34,735 nt of DNA from Nitriliruptorales bacterium (GCA_033721095.1 JAWWBG010000001.1:1-34735); one strand, 5' to 3'. Shown: positions 26,547-34,052, counted from the first letter of the stretch. Notes: generated from the sequence alone by a model not told the origin. Made by a program: numbers and translations.

Positions 26547-26846
26547 TCAGCGACGGCGCCTCTTGGCGGCGCGGCGCTCACGATCGACTTCCTCGAGCTG
26601 GTCCCACGACGGTGGGGCCGCCATCGTTCGTCCCACGGGGTTGCCCGCCGGTGCGGGCTTGGTGACCGTCAGCGCGGTGATGGTGCGCTTGCCGTCGGAC
26701 TCGCCGACTTCGACCTCGACCAGGTCACCCGAGCCGAGGTCCCCGGAGACGACGTCGGACCCGACGTAGTACTCGCGACCCTCGTCGGTGACGACGTAAC
26801 CGAACTTTTCGTCGACGTTCCAGGTCTTGACGTGACCAGTGTGCAT
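26547..26846 (-). CDS. Cold-shock-domain-like (OB-fold) protein with basic C-terminal tail
   Basis: 99-aa ORF. 'GHVKTWNVDEKFGYVVTDEGREYYVGSDVV' aligns to the CspA '[31 protein letters not shown]', but the RNP motifs are degenerate. The tail is 'RERRAAKRRRR'. The stop lies 2 nt before the clpS ATG. Confidence 0.65.
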   Translation of the reverse strand: MHTGHVKTWNVDEKFGYVVTDEGREYYVGSDVVSGDLGSGDLVEVEVGESDGKRTITALTVTKPAPAGNPVGRTMAAPPSWDQLEEVDRERRAAKRRRR

Positions 26847-26897
26847 GGGGGTGACTCGCTTGCTGTGGATCGCGCGGGATGGGACGCGTCGGATGTG

Positions 26898-26922
26898 GCG
26901 GGCGAGTGCATGCGTCGCCCGC
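26898..26922 (-). terminator. GC-rich hairpin (8-bp stem GCGGGCGA/TCGCCCGC, 9-nt loop) between the DUF2384-like gene and the CSD-like gene
   Basis: Read directly. There is no U-tract. Its position suggests an operon boundary or a 5' leader element. Confidence 0.35.
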
Positions 26923-26951
26923 GCAGTGCCCCCAGCCTACCGGCGCGCCGC

Positions 26952-27230
26952 TCAGCCCTGTGCGGCGGCCCAGCGACGAGCCACGTCCTCGACGTCGTCG
27001 TGGTTGCCCGCCACGAGGGCAGCCAGTGGCGAGCGGCCGTCGAGACGTTCCTGCGGCCGTTGGAACCAGGAGCTCACATCGTTGGCCGGTGCCCACCCCA
27101 GCAGGACCACGGAGATGTCGCAGGCCGCCGCGACAACCTCTTGTCCCGCTGCCGCGAGCTGGTCCACCGCGGCGTCGCCCAACAGGTCGCGGAGCTCGGC
27201 CTCGTCGTCGAGCGGGTCGTCCCGGTACAC
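26952..27230 (-). CDS. Small protein with DUF2384-like (Xre/MbcA/ParS antitoxin C-terminal) motif
   Basis: The GTG at 27230 gives a 92-aa protein. 'WFQRPQERLDGRSPLAALVAGNHDDVEDVARRW' fits the DUF2384 pattern (W..P...LgGrsPl..l..G....V...l). No HTH region is present. The upstream part of the 183-aa track ORF is out of frame over the preceding gene. Confidence 0.5.
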   Translation of the reverse strand: MYRDDPLDDEAELRDLLGDAAVDQLAAAGQEVVAAACDISVVLLGWAPANDVSSWFQRPQERLDGRSPLAALVAGNHDDVEDVARRWAAAQG

Positions 27231-27231
27231 G

Positions 27232-27558
27232 TCAGGAGCGCAGGGCCGCCAGCTCGCGCTCGCATTCCTCCACGAACGCCTCGGCGGCTGCGAGCCGCTC
27301 GGGCGACTTGGCCAGCTCGTCGGCGAGGACGTCCAGCCTGGCCTGGAGCGCCCGCGCCATGTCGCCGTCGACCGCGGCGAGCGGACGTCGCAACCGGGCC
27401 GGGATCTCGTCGCCAGCAGCGCCCGATTCGGCCAGGAACCGGCGAATGCGCCGCTGTTCCTCACCCAGCCAGTCGGCATGCCGCTGGAGCTCGGCGAGGT
27501 CACCGCGAGCGCGCAGCAGCGTGAAGTAGGCGGCGTCCAGGTCCCGCTTGTCGGCCAT
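27232..27558 (-). CDS. Hypothetical coiled-coil protein
   Basis: 108-aa helical, R/E/A/L-rich ORF with high GC3. Its ATG overlaps the SRPBCC gene stop by 1 nt (TGATG), and its stop lies 1 nt before the next GTG. Confidence 0.5.
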   Translation of the reverse strand: MADKRDLDAAYFTLLRARGDLAELQRHADWLGEEQRRIRRFLAESGAAGDEIPARLRRPLAAVDGDMARALQARLDVLADELAKSPERLAAAEAFVEECERELAALRS

Positions 27559-28010
27559 CAGGACTCCTTGCGCCCTGCGTGGATGGTCTCACAACGAAGC
27601 TTGAGGCCCTCCAGGCCGCTCTCGAGGATCTGCTTGGCCGCCCGGGCCTTCAGGAATGCCGGCAGTGGGATGTTCACGTCGACCTCGAGCTCGTAGTCCA
27701 CGCGGATGCCCTCCGGGGTCTCCCGGAGCGTGTACGCGCCCTCGAGCTGGGACACGAGCTCACCGTTCTGGAGCCGCCACGTGATGGCGTCGCCGGCGTA
27801 GTCGTACTTGAGGTGGTAGTCGACGTCGAGGACCCGTGCGTTCACGCTGAAGTGGGCGAGCAGTGGGCGCCCGTCGTCACCCCGTTCGATGACCCTGGCG
27901 GCGGTGATGCCGTTGGTCCACAGCGGGTACTGCTCGAGGTCGGTGATCACGTCCTCGACCAGTCGCAGCGGCGCGGCCACGACGACCGAATCGGCGACCC
28001 GCTCTCCCAC
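27558..28010 (-). CDS. SRPBCC (START / polyketide-cyclase / RatA-COQ10-like) family protein
   Basis: 150-aa ORF. 'VVVAAPLRLVEDVITDLEQYPLWTNG' and the overall length fit the Polyketide_cyc2/RatA pattern. The GTG start has AGGAG 5 nt upstream. Confidence 0.75.
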   Translation of the reverse strand: MGERVADSVVVAAPLRLVEDVITDLEQYPLWTNGITAARVIERGDDGRPLLAHFSVNARVLDVDYHLKYDYAGDAITWRLQNGELVSQLEGAYTLRETPEGIRVDYELEVDVNIPLPAFLKARAAKQILESGLEGLKLRCETIHAGRKES

Positions 28011-28017
28011 CGCGACT

Positions 28018-28041
28018 CCTCGGCGTCAACGGCGGCCGAGG
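28018..28041 (-). promoter_or_regulatory. Hairpin (7-bp stem, CCTCGGC/GCCGAGG on the plus strand) partly overlapping the SRPBCC gene SD
   Basis: On the minus-strand mRNA, CCTCGGC (from 28041-28035) can pair with the downstream GCCGAGG (from 28024-28018). That arm runs into the AGGAG SD (from 28020-28016) 5 nt before the GTG, overlapping it by 3 nt. Confidence 0.25.
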
Positions 28042-28078
28042 TTACTGACGGTGGACGCCGGACCGCCCGTGGTTGCCG

Positions 28079-29101
28079 TCAGGGCTGCTCGCGCGGCAGC
28101 TGTGGCTGGGGGGCGTCAGCGAGCTCGCCCCGCACCCGCTCGAGCCCCGCCTCGACGGCGCGCAGCTCGGCCACCGACCGGGTCACCTGGCGGCGAAGCC
28201 GAGCAGCCCGTCGTTCGAGCTCCCCGAGCGCGTCCCTGGCGGCGTCGTCCGGCCACGCAGGACAGATCGATCGGAAGTCACACCAGTCGCAGAGCCAGCC
28301 GGGCGTGGGCGTGTAGCCCCCTTCGAGCACGATCCCGGCGGCAGCGTCGATGCGGGCACGCGCGCCCTCGAGATCGATGTCGTCGATGTCGACCGCAACG
28401 ACGATGTCGGCGACGACGAAGTCCAGCGCCACGCTCCGGGGCAGCCGTCCGTACAGGTGCTCGCACGCGAGTGCGTAGATCGCCAGTTGCAGGGACCCGG
28501 CGACGTGCTGGCGCGACTTGGCCTGCCGATTGGTCTTGTAGTCCACGACGTGGAGCTCCCCATCGCGGAGGTCGACGCGGTCGATCGACCCCACGACCAG
28601 GGCCCGGTCGCCCACCGGCATCTCGAACCAGGCCTCCGTCTTGACGGGCAGGTGATAGTTGGGCGCCGCACGCCGATGGAACTGCTGGAGCACGCGTTGG
28701 GCATGGCGATAGTGCCGGACCTGCTCGTCGCGGTCCAGGTGCCGGTAGCCCGTCGAGTCCCACGCCTCGTACAGCATCGCCAGCAGCTCGTCCTCGGTGG
28801 GGGGTTCGGGCAGCTTGCGGTCGTAGAAGGCCTCGAGGGCGGCATGGATCGAGGAGCCGAACGACAGCGCCGGGGCGGGGACCCCCGGCAACTGGTCGAT
28901 GTAGGAGTAGCGGAAGGCCTGGGGGCAGTTCTCGAGCGTGTCGATCCGTGAGAACGACAGGCGGACGCGACCGTCGGGCCCGATGAGCGGGGGCCGGTCC
29001 GGCTCGAACTCCTCGTAGGCCCCATCCGGATCGGCGAAGAGCTGGAGCTCCTCGTCCTCCTCGATCGGCTGACCCGGCGGCAGGGGCTCCGTGATGCTCA
29101 T
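28079..29101 (-). CDS. PD-(D/E)XK nuclease (RecB/Cas4-like, four-Cys cluster) with C-terminal coiled-coil
   Basis: 340-aa ORF with 'GSIDRVD...LHVVDYKT' (D...DxK) and 'LQLAIYALA' (QxxxY). The Cys pattern is 'NCPQ' plus 'CDWCDFRSIC', as in AddB/Cas4 iron-sulfur nucleases. Confidence 0.8.
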   Translation of the reverse strand: MSITEPLPPGQPIEEDEELQLFADPDGAYEEFEPDRPPLIGPDGRVRLSFSRIDTLENCPQAFRYSYIDQLPGVPAPALSFGSSIHAALEAFYDRKLPEPPTEDELLAMLYEAWDSTGYRHLDRDEQVRHYRHAQRVLQQFHRRAAPNYHLPVKTEAWFEMPVGDRALVVGSIDRVDLRDGELHVVDYKTNRQAKSRQHVAGSLQLAIYALACEHLYGRLPRSVALDFVVADIVVAVDIDDIDLEGARARIDAAAGIVLEGGYTPTPGWLCDWCDFRSICPAWPDDAARDALGELERRAARLRRQVTRSVAELRAVEAGLERVRGELADAPQPQLPREQP

Positions 29102-29159
29102 GTTCGCAGACTAACGACCGGGTGCGACGGCTTCGGACGGCCTGTGGACGAACGGATCC

Positions 29160-29942
29160 TCAACCACGAACGAGCGCGAGGAGGTCCTCGAGGATGGCAG
29201 GCGTGGCGCTGATGGCCGTGCCGCCGTCGATGCGCTCGTCACCGGTGAAGTCGACGAAGCTGCCGCCGGCCGCCTGGACGATGCAGCGGACCGCCGCGAG
29301 GTCCCAGGCCGACACGTCGCCCTCGAGGGCCGCGTCGACAGCACCCTCGGCCACCAGGCAGTGGTGCCAGAAGTCCCCGAAGCCGCGCTGGCGAGCGGTT
29401 GCCGCCGTCACGCGGCCGACCAGTTCGGCGCCGCCGTGCGGCTCGAACCAGCCGAGGCCACCAAAGGACACCGTTGCGTCCGCGATCGTGGCGGTCGTCG
29501 AGACATGGATCGGTCGACCGTCACGTCGGGCGCCCGTCCCGGTGTTGCCGTCCCAACGAGCAGCCAGGGCGGGAGCCGATGCGACGGCGATGAGCGGCTC
29601 GCCGCCGCGTTCGACGCAGAGCAGGGTCGCGAACGCCGGGATGCCTCGAACGAAGTTCTTGGTCCCGTCGATGGGGTCCACGTACCAGGCGAACTCGGCA
29701 TCGTCGCTCGCGGCGGTACCCAGCTCCTCCCCGACGATCGCGTGTTCCGGCCACGTCGCCGTGATCCGATCCCGCAGGAGGTGTTCGACAGCGACATCCA
29801 CGTCGGTGACCGGTGAGCCGTCGACCTTGGCCGTGACCTCCAGCTGCTCACCGAACGAGCGCATGGTCAGCCGATCGGCCTCGTCGGCCAGCTCGTGGGC
29901 AAACGCGAGCAGGCGAGATCGAAGGGCGTCCTCACCACTCAA
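29160..29942 (-). CDS. hisN: Histidinol-phosphatase HisN (inositol monophosphatase family)
   Basis: 260-aa ORF that appears collinear with my recollection of mycobacterial HisN ('VDPIDGTKNFVRGIP', 'SAPALAARW', 'GDFWHHCLVAEGAVDAALE..VSAWDLAA'). The TTG start overlaps the upstream ORF by 11 nt. Confidence 0.75.
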   Translation of the reverse strand: MSGEDALRSRLLAFAHELADEADRLTMRSFGEQLEVTAKVDGSPVTDVDVAVEHLLRDRITATWPEHAIVGEELGTAASDDAEFAWYVDPIDGTKNFVRGIPAFATLLCVERGGEPLIAVASAPALAARWDGNTGTGARRDGRPIHVSTTATIADATVSFGGLGWFEPHGGAELVGRVTAATARQRGFGDFWHHCLVAEGAVDAALEGDVSAWDLAAVRCIVQAAGGSFVDFTGDERIDGGTAISATPAILEDLLALVRG

Positions 29943-30402
29943 ACGTCATCCCGTCGAACCGCAGGACGATGTCGTTGGGCTGGACGGTCAGCGTGACCTC
30001 CTCCTCCTGGGGAACCCAGAGGGGGATGCAGGGGCCTTGCCCGGCGTGTCCCATCAGCCCGATGAGCACCCGACCGTCCTCGTCGACGCCGACCAGCTGG
30101 CGGGCGTACGAGAGGAGCTCGTGGAACTCGGTGTGGCCGGCCCGCTTCTTCTGGAAGTCCGTGACCCACTTCGACTCGGACTTGCCGTAGTTCGCCAGCA
30201 GCTGGCCGCTCCCGAGCTTGGTGAGCGTGGACAGCGCGCGGACACCCGTCAGTGCCTTGTCCGCCTTGACGGTCTTGCCGACGCGAACGGCGGCGTCGGG
30301 GGTCGCCAGCCGCCCGGGCAGCTCGCTGAGCTCGAAGTTGCCCGCTGCCTGCGCGGCCTTTTGGCGCTCGACCGGGATCTCGATCTGGACCTTGCTCGCC
30401 AC
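29932..30402 (-). CDS. Hypothetical protein
   Basis: High-GC3 ORF. I chose the GTG at 30402 because GAGGAG lies 5 nt upstream; an ATG at 30420 is the alternative. No family was recognised. Confidence 0.55.
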   Translation of the reverse strand: MASKVQIEIPVERQKAAQAAGNFELSELPGRLATPDAAVRVGKTVKADKALTGVRALSTLTKLGSGQLLANYGKSESKWVTDFQKKRAGHTEFHELLSYARQLVGVDEDGRVLIGLMGHAGQGPCIPLWVPQEEEVTLTVQPNDIVLRFDGMTFEW

Positions 30403-30421
30403 GGGTACTCCTCGACACATC

Positions 30422-30450
30422 CGGTGATCGGTCCCCCTGGCTGATCACCG
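30422..30450. promoter_or_regulatory. Inverted repeat CGGTGATC-N13-GATCACCG upstream of the hypothetical gene 29932-30402
   Basis: Read directly. It lies 20-48 nt upstream of the preferred GTG start. Confidence 0.3.
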
Positions 30451-30672
30451 CCAAGCGAACCGAGAACGGTCGCATCAGGGGTTTGGAGGGGCTGATGATA
30501 GCCCTCGCGACGGCCGGCTCGAACCGCCGCAAGACGGCACCTGGCGCCCATTCGGACGGATTTCGCTGCCCCCATCGGGGGCGCCTCGCCCGCCTGATCG
30601 TCCCACTCCGACCGTGACGAAGGTCCCACGTTTCAAAGGTCCCGTGAGGTATGGTTACTGTGTGTAGTTGAC

Positions 30673-30689
30673 CGTCACAGAGCGTGACG
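30673..30689. promoter_or_regulatory. Inverted repeat CGTCAC-N5-GTGACG upstream of the secreted-protein gene
   Basis: Read directly as cgtcac-agagc-gtgacg, ending 22 nt before the ATG at 30712. It has the same GTCAC-N5-GTGAC core as the site at 8169-8183. Confidence 0.3.
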
Positions 30690-30711
30690 AGCGTCCCGGG
30701 GGTGTGGACAG

Positions 30712-31602
30712 ATGAAGAGCATGACTCGTACTGGCAAGGGCAGCCTGGTGGCACTGGTCGCCACCCTGGCCATGCTGCCGGCATCGGCCGCGCTGGCCGC
30801 CAGCACGCTCGACCAGTCCCAGGACCCGGGCGGTACCGCCACCTACGCCATCGCGAACCAGGCACTGGCGCAGACCTTCACGGCCGGGCTCTCGGGCACG
30901 CTCACCCACGTGGAGCTCCACCTGGCAGAGCGGAGCATCCCGGCGGGTGACCTGCTGGTCCAGCTCCAGAGCGTGACGTCCGGGACGCCGGATGGCGGCG
31001 TGCTTGCCTCGGGCACGATCCTGGCCGCCGACGTCGGCACCAACGCGGCCTGGGTCTCGGTCGACCTCAACGCGACCAGCGTGGCCGGCACCCAGTATGC
31101 GATCGTTGTCTCGGCCATGGCCGCGCCCGCAGACTGTGGCTCCACCGACTGTGGCTACACCTGGGGCATCGAGTACGACGACGGCTCGCCATCGAGCGTT
31201 GGCTACGGCGGGGGACGCCTCTACGACGCACCGTCAACCACTGGCCCCTGGTCGGGGGTCCTCGGTGGCACCTATGACGGGGCGTTCCGGACCTACGTGG
31301 ACGACGGTGGCAGCGGCGAGACGCCCACCACGACGTCGCTGGCCGACGACGTGACGGCGCTCAACCTGGCCAAGGGTGAGAAGCAGCTGCTCGGCAAGCT
31401 CGACGGGGCGCAGGCCGCCTTCGACCGCGGCAACGTCGCGGGTGCCTGCCGCAAGATGGACCAGTTCATCGGACTGGTGCAGGGCCACCTGGCAGACGGC
31501 ACCATCGACAGTGAGGCCGGAAATGGGCTGCTGGCCGACGCCGAGAGCGTGAAGGTCGACTTCGGCTGCGACACGCTCACGGCACCGGGCAACAGGGGCT
31601 GA
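30712..31602 (+). CDS. Secreted hypothetical protein with C-terminal helical (FIMAH-like) module
   Basis: It has the signal peptide 'MKSMTRTGKGSLVALVATLAMLPASAALAAS'. The C-terminus 'LLGKLDGAQAAFDRGNVAGACRKMDQFIGLVQGHLADGTIDSEAGNGLL' resembles the helical module common on secreted bacterial proteins. Confidence 0.65.
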   Translation: MKSMTRTGKGSLVALVATLAMLPASAALAASTLDQSQDPGGTATYAIANQALAQTFTAGLSGTLTHVELHLAERSIPAGDLLVQLQSVTSGTPDGGVLASGTILAADVGTNAAWVSVDLNATSVAGTQYAIVVSAMAAPADCGSTDCGYTWGIEYDDGSPSSVGYGGGRLYDAPSTTGPWSGVLGGTYDGAFRTYVDDGGSGETPTTTSLADDVTALNLAKGEKQLLGKLDGAQAAFDRGNVAGACRKMDQFIGLVQGHLADGTIDSEAGNGLLADAESVKVDFGCDTLTAPGNRG

Positions 31603-31632
31603 CGCCGGGCCTCCGGGCCCAACCGGTTTTCG

Positions 31633-31705
31633 TACCCCCAACGGGGTTCGAACCCGTGTCGCCACCTTGAAAGGGTGGAATCCTGGACCACTGGACGATG
31701 GGGGC
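31633..31705 (-). tRNA. tRNA-Glu (anticodon UUC)
   Basis: I folded a 73-nt cloverleaf by hand on the minus strand. The acceptor is GCCCCCA/TGGGGGT, the D-stem is GTCC/GGAT, and the anticodon stem is CCACC/GGTGG with loop CTTTCAA. The variable loop is 4 nt, and the T-arm is ACGGG-TTCGAAC-CCCGT with discriminator A. CCA is not encoded. Confidence 0.9.
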
Positions 31706-31719
31706 GTGAGGGCCGGAGG

Positions 31720-32484
31720 CTAGCCGAGCCGCTCCTGCCCCTCGGCGAACGCCACCGACGTCTCCGGGATGCCTGAGGGCCGCCGCGGACCAGCGAGACC
31801 CCACGCAGCCACGCGCCAGAGCGCCTCGAAGACGATCCGTCGGGAGATCTTGCTCGCGCCCGACCGACGCTCCGTGAAGGTGATGGGCACCTCGGTGACA
31901 TGGAAGCCCGCGCGCCAGGCCCGCAGCAGCGTCTCGACCTGGAACGAATACCCGTCAGAGGCGAGATCGAGCAGCCCGATGGCCTCCAGGACGGGGCGTC
32001 GGAAGGCACGAAAGCCCGACGTGGCGTCGCGCACGGGCATCCCAGTCGTGATCCGCACGTAGCGATTGCCACCGGACGACAGCGCGCGCCGGTGCCAGGG
32101 CCAGTTCTCGGTCGCTCCGCCGGGCACGTACCGGCTCCCGAGGACCACGTCCGCATCGGCCGTGGCAGCGATCAACGCCGGGAGGCGCTCTGCCGGATGC
32201 GACAGGTCGGCGTCCATCTCAACGAGGACCTCCCGGCCCTCCTCCATTCCGAGGCCGAGGCCGGCGCGATAGGCGGGTCCCAGGCCCAGCTTGGTCGGTC
32301 GGTGCAGGACGCGCACCTCGGCGTGCTGCTCGCTCAGCTCGTCGGCGACTCGCCCCGTGCCGTCCGGCGAGTTGTCATCGACGACCAGCACGTCCACGTC
32401 CGGCGCATGCTCACGAATCAGCTCGATGACGCGCGGCAACGAGTCGACCTCGTTGAAGGTCGGCACGACGATCAGCGGGCGCAT
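31720..32484 (-). CDS. ppm1: Polyprenol-phosphate mannosyltransferase (Ppm1 catalytic domain, GT2)
   Basis: The ATG at 32484 gives 'MRPLIVVPTFNEVDSLPRVI...VLVVDDNSPDGT...EMDADLSHP', a GT2 DPM1-like protein. The upstream 94 codons of the track ORF overlap lnt. Confidence 0.85.
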   Translation of the reverse strand: MRPLIVVPTFNEVDSLPRVIELIREHAPDVDVLVVDDNSPDGTGRVADELSEQHAEVRVLHRPTKLGLGPAYRAGLGLGMEEGREVLVEMDADLSHPAERLPALIAATADADVVLGSRYVPGGATENWPWHRRALSSGGNRYVRITTGMPVRDATSGFRAFRRPVLEAIGLLDLASDGYSFQVETLLRAWRAGFHVTEVPITFTERRSGASKISRRIVFEALWRVAAWGLAGPRRPSGIPETSVAFAEGQERLG

Positions 32485-32519
32485 GCAGGAGGCCGAACGG
32501 TCACGGGAGGCCGCGGACG

Positions 32520-34052
32520 CTACCCGCCGGCGACGGGCGTCGAGCGGTCGCGACGGCGCCGCAGGACGCTGTACGCGAGTCCCGCCAGACCGATGGCAAG
32601 CGGGATGTCGAGCACGTCGCCCCAGCGCAGCCAGGGCGTCGTGCCCTCCACCAGCGGCACCTCGTGACGCTGGGTGGTCTGCGTGAACAGCTGGCTGCGC
32701 TCCCCCACCGTCCCGTCCGGTGCGATCAACGTCGTGACGCCAGAGCTCGCGGCGTGGATGATCCACCGACCACTCTCGACGGCGCGCATGCGAGACTGCG
32801 ACAGGTGCTGCTCGGGCTCGCCGGTGCGCCCGAACGTGGAGTCGCTGGTCGACACGACCACCACGTTGGCCAACTCGTCCCCGGCGCGAATGTTGTCGCG
32901 GAGCAGCCGCCCGAAGAGCGACTCGAAGCAGATGGCCACGGCCACGCGGGCCTCGCCGACATGGATCGAGTCAGTCACCGGTGCCGACACGCCATCGCGC
33001 GGCACCTGCCGGAGGGGCGGAAAGTCACCGAGCACGCTCCGCCAGGGCACGTATTCGCCGAACGGCACGTAGTGCTGCTTGACGTAGACGTCGGCGGCCG
33101 CACCGTCCTCCCCGACGAGCACCATCGAGTTCTCGAAGGTCCGGTCACGAGGGCCCACGCGGTTGACGCCGGCGAGCAGCCTCCCGTGGGTCAGCGCACC
33201 GGCCTCGTCCTTGATGGGAGCCAGGTCGTTGCCTTCGGCCGCCCACGGGTCGCGATCGAAGGCGTTCTCGGGCCAGACGACCAGGTCTGGCACCGGTCCG
33301 CTCCCGATGGCCTCCCGCGTGAGTCCGAGCAGATTTGCGGCGATCACCCGGTCGACGTCGCGCGGGCTGAGCTCGGTCTCCTCCAGGTCGTTGCCCTGGG
33401 CCACGAGGACATCGATGGACTCCCCCGAGGGCGTCGGCGCGGCGGGCACGACGAGCGGGAGCACCAGCACGGCGATCACCACCGCTGCCGGCGCCGCCGT
33501 CGTTCGCATGGTCGAACGCTGGCGTGTGCCGGCGCTGGCCGACGACCGCCCGCCGACAACCCCGATCGCCAACTGGAGGAACGCACAGGCCACCGCCACG
33601 GTCGCGAACGTGACGGCTCGACCCCCGCCGAGCCGCGCCAGCGGCAGCAGCCAGGAACCGTCGACGTGCGCGTACTGCAGTGCCCCCCACTCGAAGCCGT
33701 TCAGCGGCACCCAGGAACGCACGAAGTCGACCCCCGTCCACGCCAGGGCGGCCAGCAACGGCCAGCCGGGCGACCGCAACCAGGGACGCACGAGCACGCT
33801 CGCCAGCCCCACGAAGGCGGCCTGCACGACCACCAGCAGGACCCAGGCCAACAGCCCGGCCGGCGCAGCGATCCACGTCAGCATCGGCCCATAGCCCGCC
33901 ACCCCGAGTGTGAACCCAATCAGGAAAGGACGCTCGCCCCCCGCAGCCCGCAGGGCCGCGATCCAGGCAACGGGCACCAGCATGACGAGCGGCCATGCGC
34001 GCAGGGGAGGAAACGACGCGTGGAGGGCGATGCCGCCGCCGACCGCCAGCAC
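32520..34052 (-). CDS. lnt: Apolipoprotein N-acyltransferase
   Basis: A polytopic N-terminal half is followed by a CN-hydrolase domain ('LVVWPENAF', 'AVAICFESLF'). The only in-frame starts are the TTG at 34145, which overlaps the upstream gene by 70 nt, and the GTG at 34052. I chose the GTG; the start is uncertain. Confidence 0.8.
   Translation of the reverse strand: MLAVGGGIALHASFPPLRAWPLVMLVPVAWIAALRAAGGERPFLIGFTLGVAGYGPMLTWIAAPAGLLAWVLLVVVQAAFVGLASVLVRPWLRSPGWPLLAALAWTGVDFVRSWVPLNGFEWGALQYAHVDGSWLLPLARLGGGRAVTFATVAVACAFLQLAIGVVGGRSSASAGTRQRSTMRTTAAPAAVVIAVLVLPLVVPAAPTPSGESIDVLVAQGNDLEETELSPRDVDRVIAANLLGLTREAIGSGPVPDLVVWPENAFDRDPWAAEGNDLAPIKDEAGALTHGRLLAGVNRVGPRDRTFENSMVLVGEDGAAADVYVKQHYVPFGEYVPWRSVLGDFPPLRQVPRDGVSAPVTDSIHVGEARVAVAICFESLFGRLLRDNIRAGDELANVVVVSTSDSTFGRTGEPEQHLSQSRMRAVESGRWIIHAASSGVTTLIAPDGTVGERSQLFTQTTQRHEVPLVEGTTPWLRWGDVLDIPLAIGLAGLAYSVLRRRRDRSTPVAGG

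Noticed and set aside
26243-26581. Upstream part of the 278-aa minus-strand ORF 25745..26581
   Set aside because: It overlaps clpS in another frame and has an R/G/P-rich composition. The GTG at 26242 fused to the clpS stop (GTGA) is the natural start of the DUF2017-like gene.
27231-27503. Upstream part of the 183-aa ORF 26952..27503
   Set aside because: The translation is rich in S, R, P and W, typical of an off-frame reading of a real gene. The 108-aa ORF in the other frame has the coding-like sequence.
26952-28010. Canonical Xre-RES (MbcTA/ParST-type) toxin-antitoxin system
   Set aside because: No RES-domain ORF and no HTH domain is present in or next to the module. Only the DUF2384-like motif is seen.
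31603-31719. tRNA-Glu as an integration hotspot or genomic-island boundary
   Set aside because: No integrase, no direct repeat of the tRNA 3' end and no compositional shift is visible on either side. The flanking genes (ppm1/lnt and the secreted protein) have the same GC3 style as the rest of the window.
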